Below are positions 41,077 to 51,047 of a DNA stretch of 64,000 nucleotides, piece by piece. Source of the stretch: an uncultured Bacillaceae bacterium (GTDB taxonomy: Bacteria > Bacillota > Bacilli > Bacillales > Caldibacillaceae). The notes beneath the pieces are model-generated. The model saw nothing but the letters and a program-made list of their open reading frames with translations, was not told the DNA's origin and did no database searches. The stretch is from positions 2,764 to 66,763 of the forward strand of contig CALGAD010000161.1 of the NCBI GenBank assembly GCA_937951955.1, read 5' to 3'. Position numbers and translations under genes: made by a program. Position 1 is the stretch's first letter. The number at the start of each line of letters is the position of its first letter.

Positions 41077-43704
41077 TTGAGCAAAAAAATTGTATTCATT
41101 GATGGCAATAGTATAGCCTTTCGGGCATTTTACGCTTTGCCGTTATTAAATAATTCGAAAGGAATACATACGAATGCCATTTATGGCTTCAGCATGATGT
41201 TAAATAAAATTTTAGAAGAGGAAAAACCGAGCCATATTTTAGTGGCCTTTGATGCCGGAAAAACGACATTCCGTCATCAAACCTTTAAAGAATATAAGGG
41301 AGGCCGGCAGAAAACGCCACCCGAATTGTCAGAACAGTTTCCGTTTATTCGTGAATTACTTGATGCGTACGGTATCCGCTACTACGAGCTTCCGGATTAC
41401 GAAGCGGATGATATTATCGGCACACTCTCCAAACAAGCCGAAGAAAGCGGCTTTCAAGTGCAGATCATTACCGGCGATCGGGATTTAACGCAGCTAGCTT
41501 CCGGACAAACGACTGTTTTTGTCACGAAAAAAGGTGTCACGGATATGGAAGCCTATACTCCGGAACATATCCGGGAAAAATATGGTATAAAACCGGAACA
41601 AATCATTGATATGAAGGGACTAATGGGGGATGCGAGCGACAATATCCCCGGAGTGCCCGGAATCGGTGAAAAAACGGCTATTAAGTTGTTAAAACAATTC
41701 GAGACCATGGAAAATTTACTGGACTCGATTGAGCAAGTCAGCGGGAAAAAAGTGAAGGAAAATTTATCGACTTATAAAGAGCAAGCAATCATGAGTAAGC
41801 AACTGGCCACGATTGAACGTGCGGCTCCCGTTGAAATTACGTTAGAAGAACTCAGCTATGCTGGTCCCGATCAACAAAAATTGGCGGAAATCTATAAAGA
41901 TCTGGAGTTTAAATCTTTGTTGGAGAAAATGGACAGTCCTGCAGAGGAAAAAGAAGAACTCGCAGATATTGAATTTGAAATTCTCCAGTCCATCCCGGAC
42001 CGGATTTTAGTGGATAAAAGTAGCTTTTATGTAGAAATCATTGAAGACAATTACCATTATGCGCCCATTCTCGGTTTCTCCCTGGTCAATGAAACGGGAA
42101 ATTATTATATTCCGATACAGGTGGCGCTAGAATCGGAGGCATTTAAACAATGGGCTGAGGATGCTACCAGGAAAAAATATGTTTACGACGGAAAGCGCTC
42201 GGTAGTTGCTTTACGCCGGCACGGTATCGAATTGCAGGGGATTGAATTTGATTTATTACTGGCATCTTACCTGCTCGATCCTTCGGCCAATATCGCCGAT
42301 GTGCACGATGTCGCGAAGTCCCATGGTTATCAACAAGTGCAACCTGATAATCACGTGTATGGAAAAGGTGCCAAGCGCAGCGAATTAACCGATGAAACCC
42401 GAGCAGAACATGTTGTTCGCAAAGCGTTAGCGATCGAACATTTGAAAGAATTGTTAACGGACAAACTGAAAGAGAATGAGCAATACCGCCTTTTCCATGA
42501 ACTAGAAATGCCTCTATCATTCATTCTCGCTGATATGGAGAGCACAGGGGTGCAGGTGGATAAACAGCGCCTGGAAAAGATGGGCGATGAAATAACCGGT
42601 CGCTTAAAAGAAATCGAGGCACAAATTTATGAACTAGCTGGTGAAACGTTTAACATCAATTCACCAAAACAATTAGGTGTTATCCTTTTTGAAAAATTAG
42701 GATTACCTGTTTTGAAAAAGACGAAGACCGGTTATTCAACCTCTGCGGATGTGCTGGAAAAATTAAAAAATCACCATGAGATTATCGATTTAATTCTCCA
42801 TTACCGGCAATTAGGGAAATTACAATCTACTTATATTGAAGGCTTGTTAAAAGTTCTCCATCCCAAAACAGGCAAAGTGCACACGCGTTTTAATCAGGCG
42901 TTAACACAAACAGGACGATTGAGCTCTACGGATCCTAACTTGCAAAATATTCCGATCCGGCTTGAAGAAGGACGGAAAATCCGGCAAGCATTCGTACCAT
43001 CAGAAAAAGGCTGGATGATTCTTTCGGCAGACTACTCACAAATCGAATTGCGCGTTCTCGCCCACATTTCCGGTGACGAACGGTTAATCGATGCGTTTAA
43101 ACAGGGTATGGATATTCATACAAGAACAGCGATGGATGTGTTCCATGTTGATAAGGACGGAGTCACTCCGGACATGCGCCGGCAGGCGAAAGCCGTTAAC
43201 TTCGGGATCGTATACGGCATTAGTGACTATGGTTTGTCCCAAAACCTGGGTATCCCCCGCAAAGAAGCAAAGGAATTCATTGACCGGTATTTTGCCATCT
43301 ATCCCGATGTCCATCAATATATGGAAGATATCGTCCAGGAGGCGAAATTAAAAGGATATGTCACAACCTTGCTCAATCGCCGGCGTTATATCCCGGAGAT
43401 CACGAGCAAAAACTTTAATGTGCGCAGTTTTGCAGAAAGAACAGCAATGAATACGCCGATTCAAGGCAGTGCCGCCGATATTATTAAAAAAGCGATGATT
43501 GAAATGTCCGATCGCTTGAAGAAGGAAAATTTACAGGCCCGTATGCTGCTACAGGTGCATGACGAATTAATTTTCGAGGCACCTGAAGAGGAAATTCCGA
43601 TACTTGAATCAATCGTTCCCGAAGTAATGGAGAATACGATTGAATTAAAAGTGCCCCTGAAAGTTGATGTATCCTATGGTGAAACCTGGTTTGATGCAAA
43701 ATAA
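41077..43704 (+). CDS. polA: DNA polymerase I
   Basis: 5' nuclease domain (GDASDNIPGVPGIGEKTA) and pol motifs DYSQIELRVLAH, RRQAKAVNFGIVYG, QVHDEL. TTG 41077 lies 6 nt after GAGGGGA. Confidence 0.95.
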   Translation: MSKKIVFIDGNSIAFRAFYALPLLNNSKGIHTNAIYGFSMMLNKILEEEKPSHILVAFDAGKTTFRHQTFKEYKGGRQKTPPELSEQFPFIRELLDAYGIRYYELPDYEADDIIGTLSKQAEESGFQVQIITGDRDLTQLASGQTTVFVTKKGVTDMEAYTPEHIREKYGIKPEQIIDMKGLMGDASDNIPGVPGIGEKTAIKLLKQFETMENLLDSIEQVSGKKVKENLSTYKEQAIMSKQLATIERAAPVEITLEELSYAGPDQQKLAEIYKDLEFKSLLEKMDSPAEEKEELADIEFEILQSIPDRILVDKSSFYVEIIEDNYHYAPILGFSLVNETGNYYIPIQVALESEAFKQWAEDATRKKYVYDGKRSVVALRRHGIELQGIEFDLLLASYLLDPSANIADVHDVAKSHGYQQVQPDNHVYGKGAKRSELTDETRAEHVVRKALAIEHLKELLTDKLKENEQYRLFHELEMPLSFILADMESTGVQVDKQRLEKMGDEITGRLKEIEAQIYELAGETFNINSPKQLGVILFEKLGLPVLKKTKTGYSTSADVLEKLKNHHEIIDLILHYRQLGKLQSTYIEGLLKVLHPKTGKVHTRFNQALTQTGRLSSTDPNLQNIPIRLEEGRKIRQAFVPSEKGWMILSADYSQIELRVLAHISGDERLIDAFKQGMDIHTRTAMDVFHVDKDGVTPDMRRQAKAVNFGIVYGISDYGLSQNLGIPRKEAKEFIDRYFAIYPDVHQYMEDIVQEAKLKGYVTTLLNRRRYIPEITSKNFNVRSFAERTAMNTPIQGSAADIIKKAMIEMSDRLKKENLQARMLLQVHDELIFEAPEEEIPILESIVPEVMENTIELKVPLKVDVSYGETWFDAK

Positions 43705-43735
43705 TATTTATAAACCAAATTCACAATTTGAAAAT

Positions 43736-43787
43736 GAACCACCTCTTTCATCCGTGCAAGCGTTGGGAAGAGGTGGTCCGCTTTTTG
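43736..43787 (+). terminator. polA terminator
   Basis: ACCACCTCTT / AAGAGGTGGT stem followed by CCGCTTTTT. Confidence 0.7.
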
Positions 43788-43830
43788 CTTACGAGTTTTA
43801 CAATTTTTATAGAAAGAAAGGATAATGATT

Positions 43831-44661
43831 ATGCCCGAACTACCTGAAGTAGAGACAGTGCGAAAAACATTAGAACAGCTTGTTACAAGTAAAACAATAG
43901 CAGATGTTACGATTTACTGGCCGAAAATTATTAAACAACCGCAAGATTCAGAAGAATTTCGTCATCGCTTGACAGGCCAGACGATTGAAACAATAGACCG
44001 CCGGGGAAAATATTTACTGTTTTACTTAACGGATTATGTCCTGATTTCCCACCTGCGTATGGAAGGAAAATATGGACTATATCCAAAGGACGAGCCCTTT
44101 GATAAGCATACCCATGTCATTTTCCATTTCACCGATGATACGGAACTTCGTTATCGGGATGTTCGTAAATTCGGCACAATGCATCTCGTCTTCAAAGGAG
44201 AAGAATTTGCACAAGCGCCGTTGGCGGGATTGGGCATCGAACCTTTCGATGAACAATTTACCGTCGAATATTTAGAGGAAGCGTTTTGCAAAACGATGAG
44301 AAACATTAAAGTTGTTCTTCTCGATCAAACGATCGTTACCGGTTTAGGGAATATTTATGTTGATGAAGCTTTGTTCCGGGCGAATATCCACCCTTTACGG
44401 GCGGCCAACTCGTTGTCACGCGAGGAACTTTCCCGCTTGAAAGATGCGATTGTAGAAACGTTAACGGAAGCGGTAGAAAAAGGCGGAACGACAATCCGGT
44501 CTTATGTAAACTCCCAGGGGGAGATCGGCATGTTTCAGTTGGAATTAAACGTCTATGGCCGGGAAGGTGAACCGTGTAAACGGTGTGGTTCGATCATTGA
44601 AAAAATGAAAGTAGGCGGACGGGGAACGCATATTTGTCCGAAATGCCAGAAAACGAAATAG
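43831..44661 (+). CDS. mutM: Formamidopyrimidine-DNA glycosylase
   Basis: MPELPEVETV N-terminus (catalytic Pro2) and C-terminal zinc finger CKRCG...CPKCQ. Confidence 0.95.
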   Translation: MPELPEVETVRKTLEQLVTSKTIADVTIYWPKIIKQPQDSEEFRHRLTGQTIETIDRRGKYLLFYLTDYVLISHLRMEGKYGLYPKDEPFDKHTHVIFHFTDDTELRYRDVRKFGTMHLVFKGEEFAQAPLAGLGIEPFDEQFTVEYLEEAFCKTMRNIKVVLLDQTIVTGLGNIYVDEALFRANIHPLRAANSLSREELSRLKDAIVETLTEAVEKGGTTIRSYVNSQGEIGMFQLELNVYGREGEPCKRCGSIIEKMKVGGRGTHICPKCQKTK

Positions 44662-44679
44662 ATGCCAGGGGGTTTTTTT

Positions 44680-45279
44680 ATGCGCGTATTCGGAATTACT
44701 GGTGGGATTGCAACCGGAAAAAGCACGGTATCCAATATGATCAAAGAGTTTGGTTTTACCGTGATCGATGCCGATGTCGTTGCAAGGGAAGTGATGGAAC
44801 CGGGTAGGGAAGCGTATATGAAGGTTGTCGAACATTTTGGCAAGGAAATTTTACTCGATAATGAGCAAATTGATCGCCAAAAATTAGGTGCCATCGTTTT
44901 TCATAATGAAGAAAAACGCCAGTTGTTAAATTCTCTCGTTCACCCGGCTGTACGGAAAGAAATGCTAAAACAAAAGGAAGAGGCGGAAAGGCGGGGGGAG
45001 AAAGCGGTCTTTTTAGATATTCCTTTATTATATGAAGGACGGTTAACCTATCTTGTAGAAAAAGTCATTGTCGTTTATACGGATGTAAATACCCAGCTGA
45101 AGCGACTCATGTCCAGAAATCAATTATCGAAAGATGAGGCGCTGGCAAGAATTCATTCGCAAATGTCAATTGAGGAAAAACGAAAGTTAGCGGATGAAGT
45201 GATTGACAATCGCGGTTCACTCGACCAAACCCGGCAGCAGCTTGTGGCGATCCTGCAAAAATATGATTTAATTGAATAG
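44680..45279 (+). CDS. coaE: Dephospho-CoA kinase
   Basis: P-loop GITGGIATGKST. ATG 44680 lies 5 nt after AGGGGG (CAGGGGGT 44666-44673). Confidence 0.93.
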   Translation: MRVFGITGGIATGKSTVSNMIKEFGFTVIDADVVAREVMEPGREAYMKVVEHFGKEILLDNEQIDRQKLGAIVFHNEEKRQLLNSLVHPAVRKEMLKQKEEAERRGEKAVFLDIPLLYEGRLTYLVEKVIVVYTDVNTQLKRLMSRNQLSKDEALARIHSQMSIEEKRKLADEVIDNRGSLDQTRQQLVAILQKYDLIE

Positions 45280-45398
45280 CTGTTGTCGAAAAATATTGCC
45301 ATCCTCATCCTTTTATACAGGCCCCTTTGATAACAAACTTTCTTAATTAATCGGATATTAGCCCAATTCCAGCAAAAAATACCACATTATTTTCTAAA

Positions 45399-45409
45399 TA
45401 TGTTATACT
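45399..45409 (+). promoter_or_regulatory. gapB promoter -10 region (TGt-TATACT) overlapping a CcpN-operator-like motif
   Basis: TATGTTATACT contains an extended -10. It also fits TRTGHYATAYW, the CcpN consensus as I recall it. Confidence 0.35.
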
Positions 45410-45463
45410 ATTTACGGGTAATTGATAAAAAAATCGTATATCAAGATTTAGGGGGCTAATACG

Positions 45464-46492
45464 TTGAAGAAAGTTGCGATCAATGGGTTTGGGAGAATCG
45501 GGCGTATGGTTTTTCGCCAGGCCATTCTCGATGATGATTATTCCATCGTAGCAATTAACGCCAGGTATCCGGCGGAAACACTTGCCCACTTAATCAAATA
45601 CGACAGTATTCATGGTAGATTCACAGGGGAAGTGGAAGCAGGGGAGAATGAGCTTATTGTCAATGGAAAAACAATTAAACTAGTAAATGAAAGAAATCCG
45701 GAAGATTTACCCTGGAAAGAACATGGGGTAGATATTGTCATTGAAGCCACAGGGAAATTCAATGCCCGGGAGAAAGCAGCCATGCATTTAAAAGCCGGGG
45801 CCAAAAAAGTCATTTTAACAGCACCCGGAAAAAATGAGGATGTTACCGTTGTTATGGGGGTTAATGATGCGGAGCTCGATATTGAAGCGCATGATATTAT
45901 TTCCAACGCATCGTGCACAACGAACTGTCTTGCGCCAGTCGTAAAGGTACTGGATGATCGGTTTGGCGTTGTCAACGGTTATATGACAACGGTACATGCC
46001 TATACGAACGATCAAAAAAATATCGATAATCCGCATAAAGATTTAAGAAGGGCAAGAGCTTGTGGCGAATCGATCATTCCGACGACAACCGGTGCTGCAA
46101 AGGCAATAGGAAAAGTTCTGCCGCATTTAGAAGGAAAGCTTCACGGTATAGCGTTACGTGTGCCCGTGCCCAATGTCTCCCTTGTTGATCTCGTCTGTGA
46201 ATTGAAAACACCGGTAACGATTGACGATATTAATTATGCTTTCCTGGATGCGAGCAGGAATGAATTGAAAAATATTTTGGATATTAGCGATGAACCTCTC
46301 GTTTCGATCGACTTCAATACGAATCCCCATTCCGCAATCGTCGATAGTTTATCGACGATGGTGATGGAAAATAACAAAGTAAAAGTTCTCGCCTGGTACG
46401 ATAATGAATGGGGATATTCGGCACGAGTTGTTGATTTATTAAGACTTGTCGTTAAACAGATGAATAAAAATTTGCAGGCATCTGCATCTTGA
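45464..46492 (+). CDS. gapB: Glyceraldehyde-3-phosphate dehydrogenase, gluconeogenic GapB type
   Basis: INGFGRIGR and SNASCTTNCLAP. Near-colinear with remembered B. subtilis GapB. TTG start after AGGGGG. Confidence 0.92.
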   Translation: MKKVAINGFGRIGRMVFRQAILDDDYSIVAINARYPAETLAHLIKYDSIHGRFTGEVEAGENELIVNGKTIKLVNERNPEDLPWKEHGVDIVIEATGKFNAREKAAMHLKAGAKKVILTAPGKNEDVTVVMGVNDAELDIEAHDIISNASCTTNCLAPVVKVLDDRFGVVNGYMTTVHAYTNDQKNIDNPHKDLRRARACGESIIPTTTGAAKAIGKVLPHLEGKLHGIALRVPVPNVSLVDLVCELKTPVTIDDINYAFLDASRNELKNILDISDEPLVSIDFNTNPHSAIVDSLSTMVMENNKVKVLAWYDNEWGYSARVVDLLRLVVKQMNKNLQASAS

Positions 46493-46503
46493 TCGCTTGA
46501 TTC

Positions 46504-46532
46504 GGGAACCTCGAATGAGAGGTTCCTTTTTC
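46504..46532 (+). terminator. gapB terminator
   Basis: GGAACCTC / GAGGTTCC stem followed by TTTTT. Confidence 0.85.
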
Positions 46533-46638
46533 ATTGAAAAATATTTCCAGGAAGGAAAACGATCGTGATTTGCTCTTTTCCAATCTACTTAAAATATTGT
46601 AAGATATGAATATAAGTATTTTCAGGAGGATGGTATGG

Positions 46639-47031
46639 TTGGCGCAGAAATCCATTTTTCAACGTTTTTTTCGAGAATGTGAAACTTCCGATCACCATTT
46701 TGATGAACAGTTGAAAAGTCATTACTATAAAGCAAGTTTCGATAAAGTATATCAAGCGGTTTTCAATATGTTCAAACGCAATCCGCAAATAGAAATCGTC
46801 TCCGAATCAAAAGAACGGGGCGAAATCGGTTTATATATGAACAATCATTTAAAACCATTCATCGTGGCAACGGTGATCCAGGTGCGTCCTTTTGAAACGG
46901 CAGTGGATTTCAAAGTATCCACTGAAAAATTTTCTTTGTTCGGTTTATACCCGAAGTTAAGAAAACTGATTATCGAGTTTTATCGCGAGCTGGATAAAGA
47001 ATTTCCGCAAGTTCAGAAACGGGCCAATTAA
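46639..47031 (+). CDS. Hypothetical cytosolic protein
   Basis: Protein-like 130-141-aa ORF between gapB and nrdR. TTG 46639 is 9 nt after AGGAGG, whereas ATG 46630 abuts the RBS and ATG 46606 has none. Confidence 0.5.
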   Translation: MAQKSIFQRFFRECETSDHHFDEQLKSHYYKASFDKVYQAVFNMFKRNPQIEIVSESKERGEIGLYMNNHLKPFIVATVIQVRPFETAVDFKVSTEKFSLFGLYPKLRKLIIEFYRELDKEFPQVQKRAN

Positions 47032-47108
47032 CGGTTTCATTTTTGCCCGCTATATTTGCCCGCTATCCGTTAACGATGATAGAAATAGATGGTTCTGGAG
47101 GTGATAGA

Positions 47109-47591
47109 ATGAGATGTCCAACGTGTCGCTTCAACGGTACGAGAGTCATTGATTCAAGACCGGTGGAAGATGGTAAATCGATTCGCAGACGGCGGGAATG
47201 TGAATCGTGTGGGTATCGATTTACAACTTTTGAAAGGGTGGAACAAACTCCCCTGATCGTTGTTAAAAAAGATGGTACGAGAGAGGAATTCAGCCGGGAA
47301 AAAATATTACACGGCTTGATTCGGGCTTGTGAAAAACGTCCCGTTCCTTTGCAAAAACTGGAAGATATTTCTGCAGAAGTGGAACGGGAATTGCGCAATA
47401 TGGGGCAATCGGAAGTGACAAGCAAATGTATTGGTGAACTGGTCATGGAAAAACTGTCGTCGGTCGATGAAGTGGCGTACGTCCGCTTTGCCTCCGTTTA
47501 CCGCCAGTTTAAAGATATCAATGTATTTCTTGAAGAACTAAAAGACTTATTGGAAAAAGAGAGAAATTCATCGTACAATGGACAAGAGTAA
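47109..47591 (+). CDS. nrdR: Transcriptional repressor NrdR
   Basis: [17 protein letters not shown]...[12 protein letters not shown] zinc ribbon plus ATP-cone. GGAGGTGA RBS. Confidence 0.96.
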   Translation: MRCPTCRFNGTRVIDSRPVEDGKSIRRRRECESCGYRFTTFERVEQTPLIVVKKDGTREEFSREKILHGLIRACEKRPVPLQKLEDISAEVERELRNMGQSEVTSKCIGELVMEKLSSVDEVAYVRFASVYRQFKDINVFLEELKDLLEKERNSSYNGQE

Positions 47592-47624
47592 ATCTTTGAT
47601 TGAAGCTACAACTGGAGTGTTTTT

Positions 47625-48998
47625 ATGGAACCGCATTGGAAAGAAATAATTCCTGCAGATCGGTATATCGTATCGGTGGACGGTCCAAAAACCGATTACG
47701 ATGACAAAGTATTGACGTTGTTATATCAGCCATTAATCGGTCCTATTTGTATCAGTTTATACGTAACGTTACGAAATCAAGTCGCTGAACATCGGCTTTC
47801 TTCGGAACCGGTGTCGCATTATTATATAATGAATTTGCTTGATTTAGGACTGCCGGAAATTTACAAAGCCAGACAAAAGCTGGAAGGCATCGGTTTGCTA
47901 CAAACGTTTGTTAAAAATGATGGCGACCACCGATTTTTCATATACAGGCTGAAATCTCCCCTGTCACCACAAAGTTTCTTTTCAGACGGCTTATTGAATA
48001 TTTATCTATACCAAAAAATCGGCAGTGACCATTACCAGAAATTAAAACAATTTTTTTCTGATATCCGTCTCCCGTTAGAGGAATATGAAAATATAACGAA
48101 AGAATTCCAGGATGTCTTTTCATCAACGAATGCTATTCCGCCCTATCAAGCGGAAGATCCGGACGATGCTGCACTGCGTCTCGTTGCCAGAAATGAACCG
48201 GCTGAAATTTCTGTCCAACCGGAAAAGTTTGATTTCGAATTGTTTATCGAGGGGTTAAGTCCGGCATTCGTTAACCGGAATACGGTCATTCAGGCCAGGG
48301 ATGTCATTTTAAAATTGTCCTTCCTTTACAATATCGGCCCGTTACAAATGCAAGATATCGTATTGCAATCGGTGGATGAAAGCAAAAAAATCGATATTGA
48401 AAAATTGCGGAAAAATGCCCGTGATTGGTATACGATTGAACATTACCAGTCCTTCCCGCGTCTTGTCGATAAAGTCCAGTCACCGATCTTTCATTCCGGT
48501 ATTGATGAACCGAAGACCCATGAAGAACGGTTAATTCGCTATTTTGAAACAGTCAGTCCTCGCCAGGTTTTAGAAGACATGTCGGAAGGATCGGAACCGT
48601 CGAATACGGAATTGAAACTTATAGAAGATATTATGTTAAAGCAAAAGTTAGAGCCGGGTGTCGTTAATGTATTGATCCACTATTGCATGTTGCGTACCGA
48701 TAAAAAATTGAATCGCGGCTTTGTCGAGACGATCGCCTCCCACTGGGCCCGGAAAAAAGTAAAAACAGTGAAAGAGGCCATGGAATTGGCAAAGGATGAA
48801 CACCGCAAATATGTCGAATGGCAAAAAAATAAGAAACAGAAAAAACACGGATTTAAACAGCCTGTTCGAACCGAGAAAGTGCCTGAATGGTTTGAAAATC
48901 GACAGCAAATCCAGGATACAGAGGAAGAGGTGCCCGTCGATATAGAAGAGGAAAAACGAAAACTTCAGGAACGCCTGCAGAAGTATAAGAAGAAATAG
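47625..48998 (+). CDS. dnaB: Replication initiation and membrane attachment protein DnaB (Bacillus helicase-loading factor, not the helicase)
   Basis: 457 aa between nrdR and dnaI. Has the DnaB_2-type repeats and lysine-rich C-terminus characteristic of the family. Confidence 0.85.
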   Translation: MEPHWKEIIPADRYIVSVDGPKTDYDDKVLTLLYQPLIGPICISLYVTLRNQVAEHRLSSEPVSHYYIMNLLDLGLPEIYKARQKLEGIGLLQTFVKNDGDHRFFIYRLKSPLSPQSFFSDGLLNIYLYQKIGSDHYQKLKQFFSDIRLPLEEYENITKEFQDVFSSTNAIPPYQAEDPDDAALRLVARNEPAEISVQPEKFDFELFIEGLSPAFVNRNTVIQARDVILKLSFLYNIGPLQMQDIVLQSVDESKKIDIEKLRKNARDWYTIEHYQSFPRLVDKVQSPIFHSGIDEPKTHEERLIRYFETVSPRQVLEDMSEGSEPSNTELKLIEDIMLKQKLEPGVVNVLIHYCMLRTDKKLNRGFVETIASHWARKKVKTVKEAMELAKDEHRKYVEWQKNKKQKKHGFKQPVRTEKVPEWFENRQQIQDTEEEVPVDIEEEKRKLQERLQKYKKK

Positions 48999-49009
48999 GG
49001 GGTGAACCC

Positions 49010-49954
49010 ATGGAGAAAATTGGTGATACGATCAACCGGTTAAAACATAAGCAAAACTTTCAGGAACGGTACAGAGCCCTGCGCGAGGAGATCATGCAAA
49101 ATCCTGATGTGATCCAGTTTCTCGATCAACATAAGGGCAAGATTACCTCTTCGATGATTGACCGCAGCCTGGGAAAAATGTATGAATTCATCACGCAGAG
49201 CAAGAACTGCCGGGAATGCAGCTCCTTAGAAGAATGTAAAAGTATTATCCCCGGTTATGAGCCGAAACTCGTATTAAAAAATCACGGGATCGATGTTCAC
49301 TACGTACCGTGCCGCCATAAGATAATGGCTGATAAAAAGAGAGAAGCGGAAAAACTCATTCAATGTATCCATGTGCCGAAGGAAATCTTGTCCGCCAATT
49401 TCGGTGAAGTCACTCTCGAAACACCGCACCGGATTCAGGCGGTGAAAAAGGCTGAAGAATTCGTCGAGCACTATGATGGGGAGAAATTCAAACGCGGTCT
49501 CTATATTCACGGTCCTTTCGGTACGGGGAAAACGTATTTATTAGGCGCTATTGCCAATGCACTCGCTCTCAAGAAAATCCCGTCGATTATCGTATACGTA
49601 CCCGAGTTTATCCGGGAGATGAAGCAATCGATCGGTGATAAAACACTGGAAGAAAAGCTAAACACGATTAAAAAAACCCCGGTTTTAATGTTCGATGATA
49701 TCGGTGCTGAATCGATGTCGAGCTGGGTCCGGGATGAAGTATATGGTCCGATTTTTCAATATCGGATGCTGGAAAAGTTGCCGACATTTTTCACATCCAA
49801 TTTTAATTTAAAAGATCTGGAACATCATTTAACCTACACCCAGCGAGGCGAAGAAGAAAAATTGAAAGCCGGACGGATTATTGAACGGATTCAATTTTTA
49901 GCGGAACCGGTCAAATATGATGGTCCGAATAAGCGGTTTGAAACAATTGAATAA
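49010..49954 (+). CDS. dnaI: Primosomal helicase loader DnaI
   Basis: N-terminal Cys-rich domain and AAA+ Walker A GPFGTGKTYL, Walker B LMFDDIG. Confidence 0.93.
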   Translation: MEKIGDTINRLKHKQNFQERYRALREEIMQNPDVIQFLDQHKGKITSSMIDRSLGKMYEFITQSKNCRECSSLEECKSIIPGYEPKLVLKNHGIDVHYVPCRHKIMADKKREAEKLIQCIHVPKEILSANFGEVTLETPHRIQAVKKAEEFVEHYDGEKFKRGLYIHGPFGTGKTYLLGAIANALALKKIPSIIVYVPEFIREMKQSIGDKTLEEKLNTIKKTPVLMFDDIGAESMSSWVRDEVYGPIFQYRMLEKLPTFFTSNFNLKDLEHHLTYTQRGEEEKLKAGRIIERIQFLAEPVKYDGPNKRFETIE

Positions 49955-49992
49955 CGAGGCGATTCGTTTGAATTGATTCGTTCTCACTAGCC

Positions 49993-50028
49993 AATCCCCT
50001 ATTCGATCGTCTGCAGGGGATTTTTTTA
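49993..50028 (+). terminator. dnaI terminator
   Basis: AATCCCCT / AGGGGATT stem followed by TTTTT. Confidence 0.75.
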
Positions 50029-50144
50029 ACAGGATCTCTTTTTATGTGATTTGGAAATCAAATTGAAAAGAGAAAATCCTCTTCTAAAACGGTCAAGCTC
50101 CCCATATATATGAAACAGGAATTCCTCACAGGGGGAGATGTAGG

Positions 50145-50981
50145 TTGGTGACGATTCAATTCAATCGTTCGCGTGATCTGGACTTTTTATATGATGATTT
50201 ATCGAAACGGTTATTAAAGGGAATGACGATTGCGAAAAAAAAGAAACAAATCGATGTACATATTCCCGTTTATAAGAAAAAAGAAGGGTTAGCCGTCCTC
50301 AAAGAAAGCTTGTTGCGATTGTTTTTCGAAAGAAAACGGCTGGAATTATGGAAAACGATCTTAAAAGAAGATTTTTTTTATCAAGATGAACATGAACAAA
50401 ATGAAATTATTCAAATTGCCCAGTCAATTTTAGAGGGGAAGCGGAAAGATTTACCTGTAAACATGGAAGAATGGCGAGATGTTCAGCAGATTGAACGGGA
50501 ATTGCAGGACGTCTTAAAAAATAATCCGCACTTTTCCTTCGATGCTTTTATCACCTTTCGTTTACGGTTTTATCTGGAAAAAATGGGGCAATTAATCGAA
50601 GTGGCGATTGACGAATATAAATTGGAACAGGACTATCAGATGTATCTGCAATATTTACGGGATTTTCTGAGTGGAAGAGAACCACAAATGGAATGCCTGT
50701 ATGTTGTGGATCAAGATGGCTTTATTTTTTTTGATGAAGATAGAAACGAGATTCAGCAAGCGGATTTATACCAACGGATTGATCGGCGATTATTGTTCAG
50801 CCATCCCGTATATGTTGATTCCCTTACAATTGCACCATTAATTTCAATTGCACCAAAACAAATTTTTCTTTTTACTAATCAATCAGATAGTGGAATCATC
50901 CAAACATTGAAAAATATTTTTGAAGAAAAAATTACCATTCAACCTTTAGATTATTTTGAGAAACAATGGGAACAAAAATAG
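50145..50981 (+). CDS. ytxC: YtxC-like sporulation protein
   Basis: 278 aa downstream of dnaI, matching B. subtilis ytxC in size and position. GGGGGAGA RBS with TTG start. Confidence 0.75.
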   Translation: MVTIQFNRSRDLDFLYDDLSKRLLKGMTIAKKKKQIDVHIPVYKKKEGLAVLKESLLRLFFERKRLELWKTILKEDFFYQDEHEQNEIIQIAQSILEGKRKDLPVNMEEWRDVQQIERELQDVLKNNPHFSFDAFITFRLRFYLEKMGQLIEVAIDEYKLEQDYQMYLQYLRDFLSGREPQMECLYVVDQDGFIFFDEDRNEIQQADLYQRIDRRLLFSHPVYVDSLTIAPLISIAPKQIFLFTNQSDSGIIQTLKNIFEEKITIQPLDYFEKQWEQK

Positions 50982-51021
50982 TAAGTTCATATGAGAACCT
51001 ACCGTCTTGAAAGATGAATCC

Positions 51022-51047
51022 GGGGCAGCGATCAGCTGCCCTTTTTA
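51022..51047 (+). terminator. ytxC terminator
   Basis: GGGCAGC / GCTGCCC stem followed by TTTTT. It abuts the stop codon of the convergent kinase gene. Confidence 0.75.
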
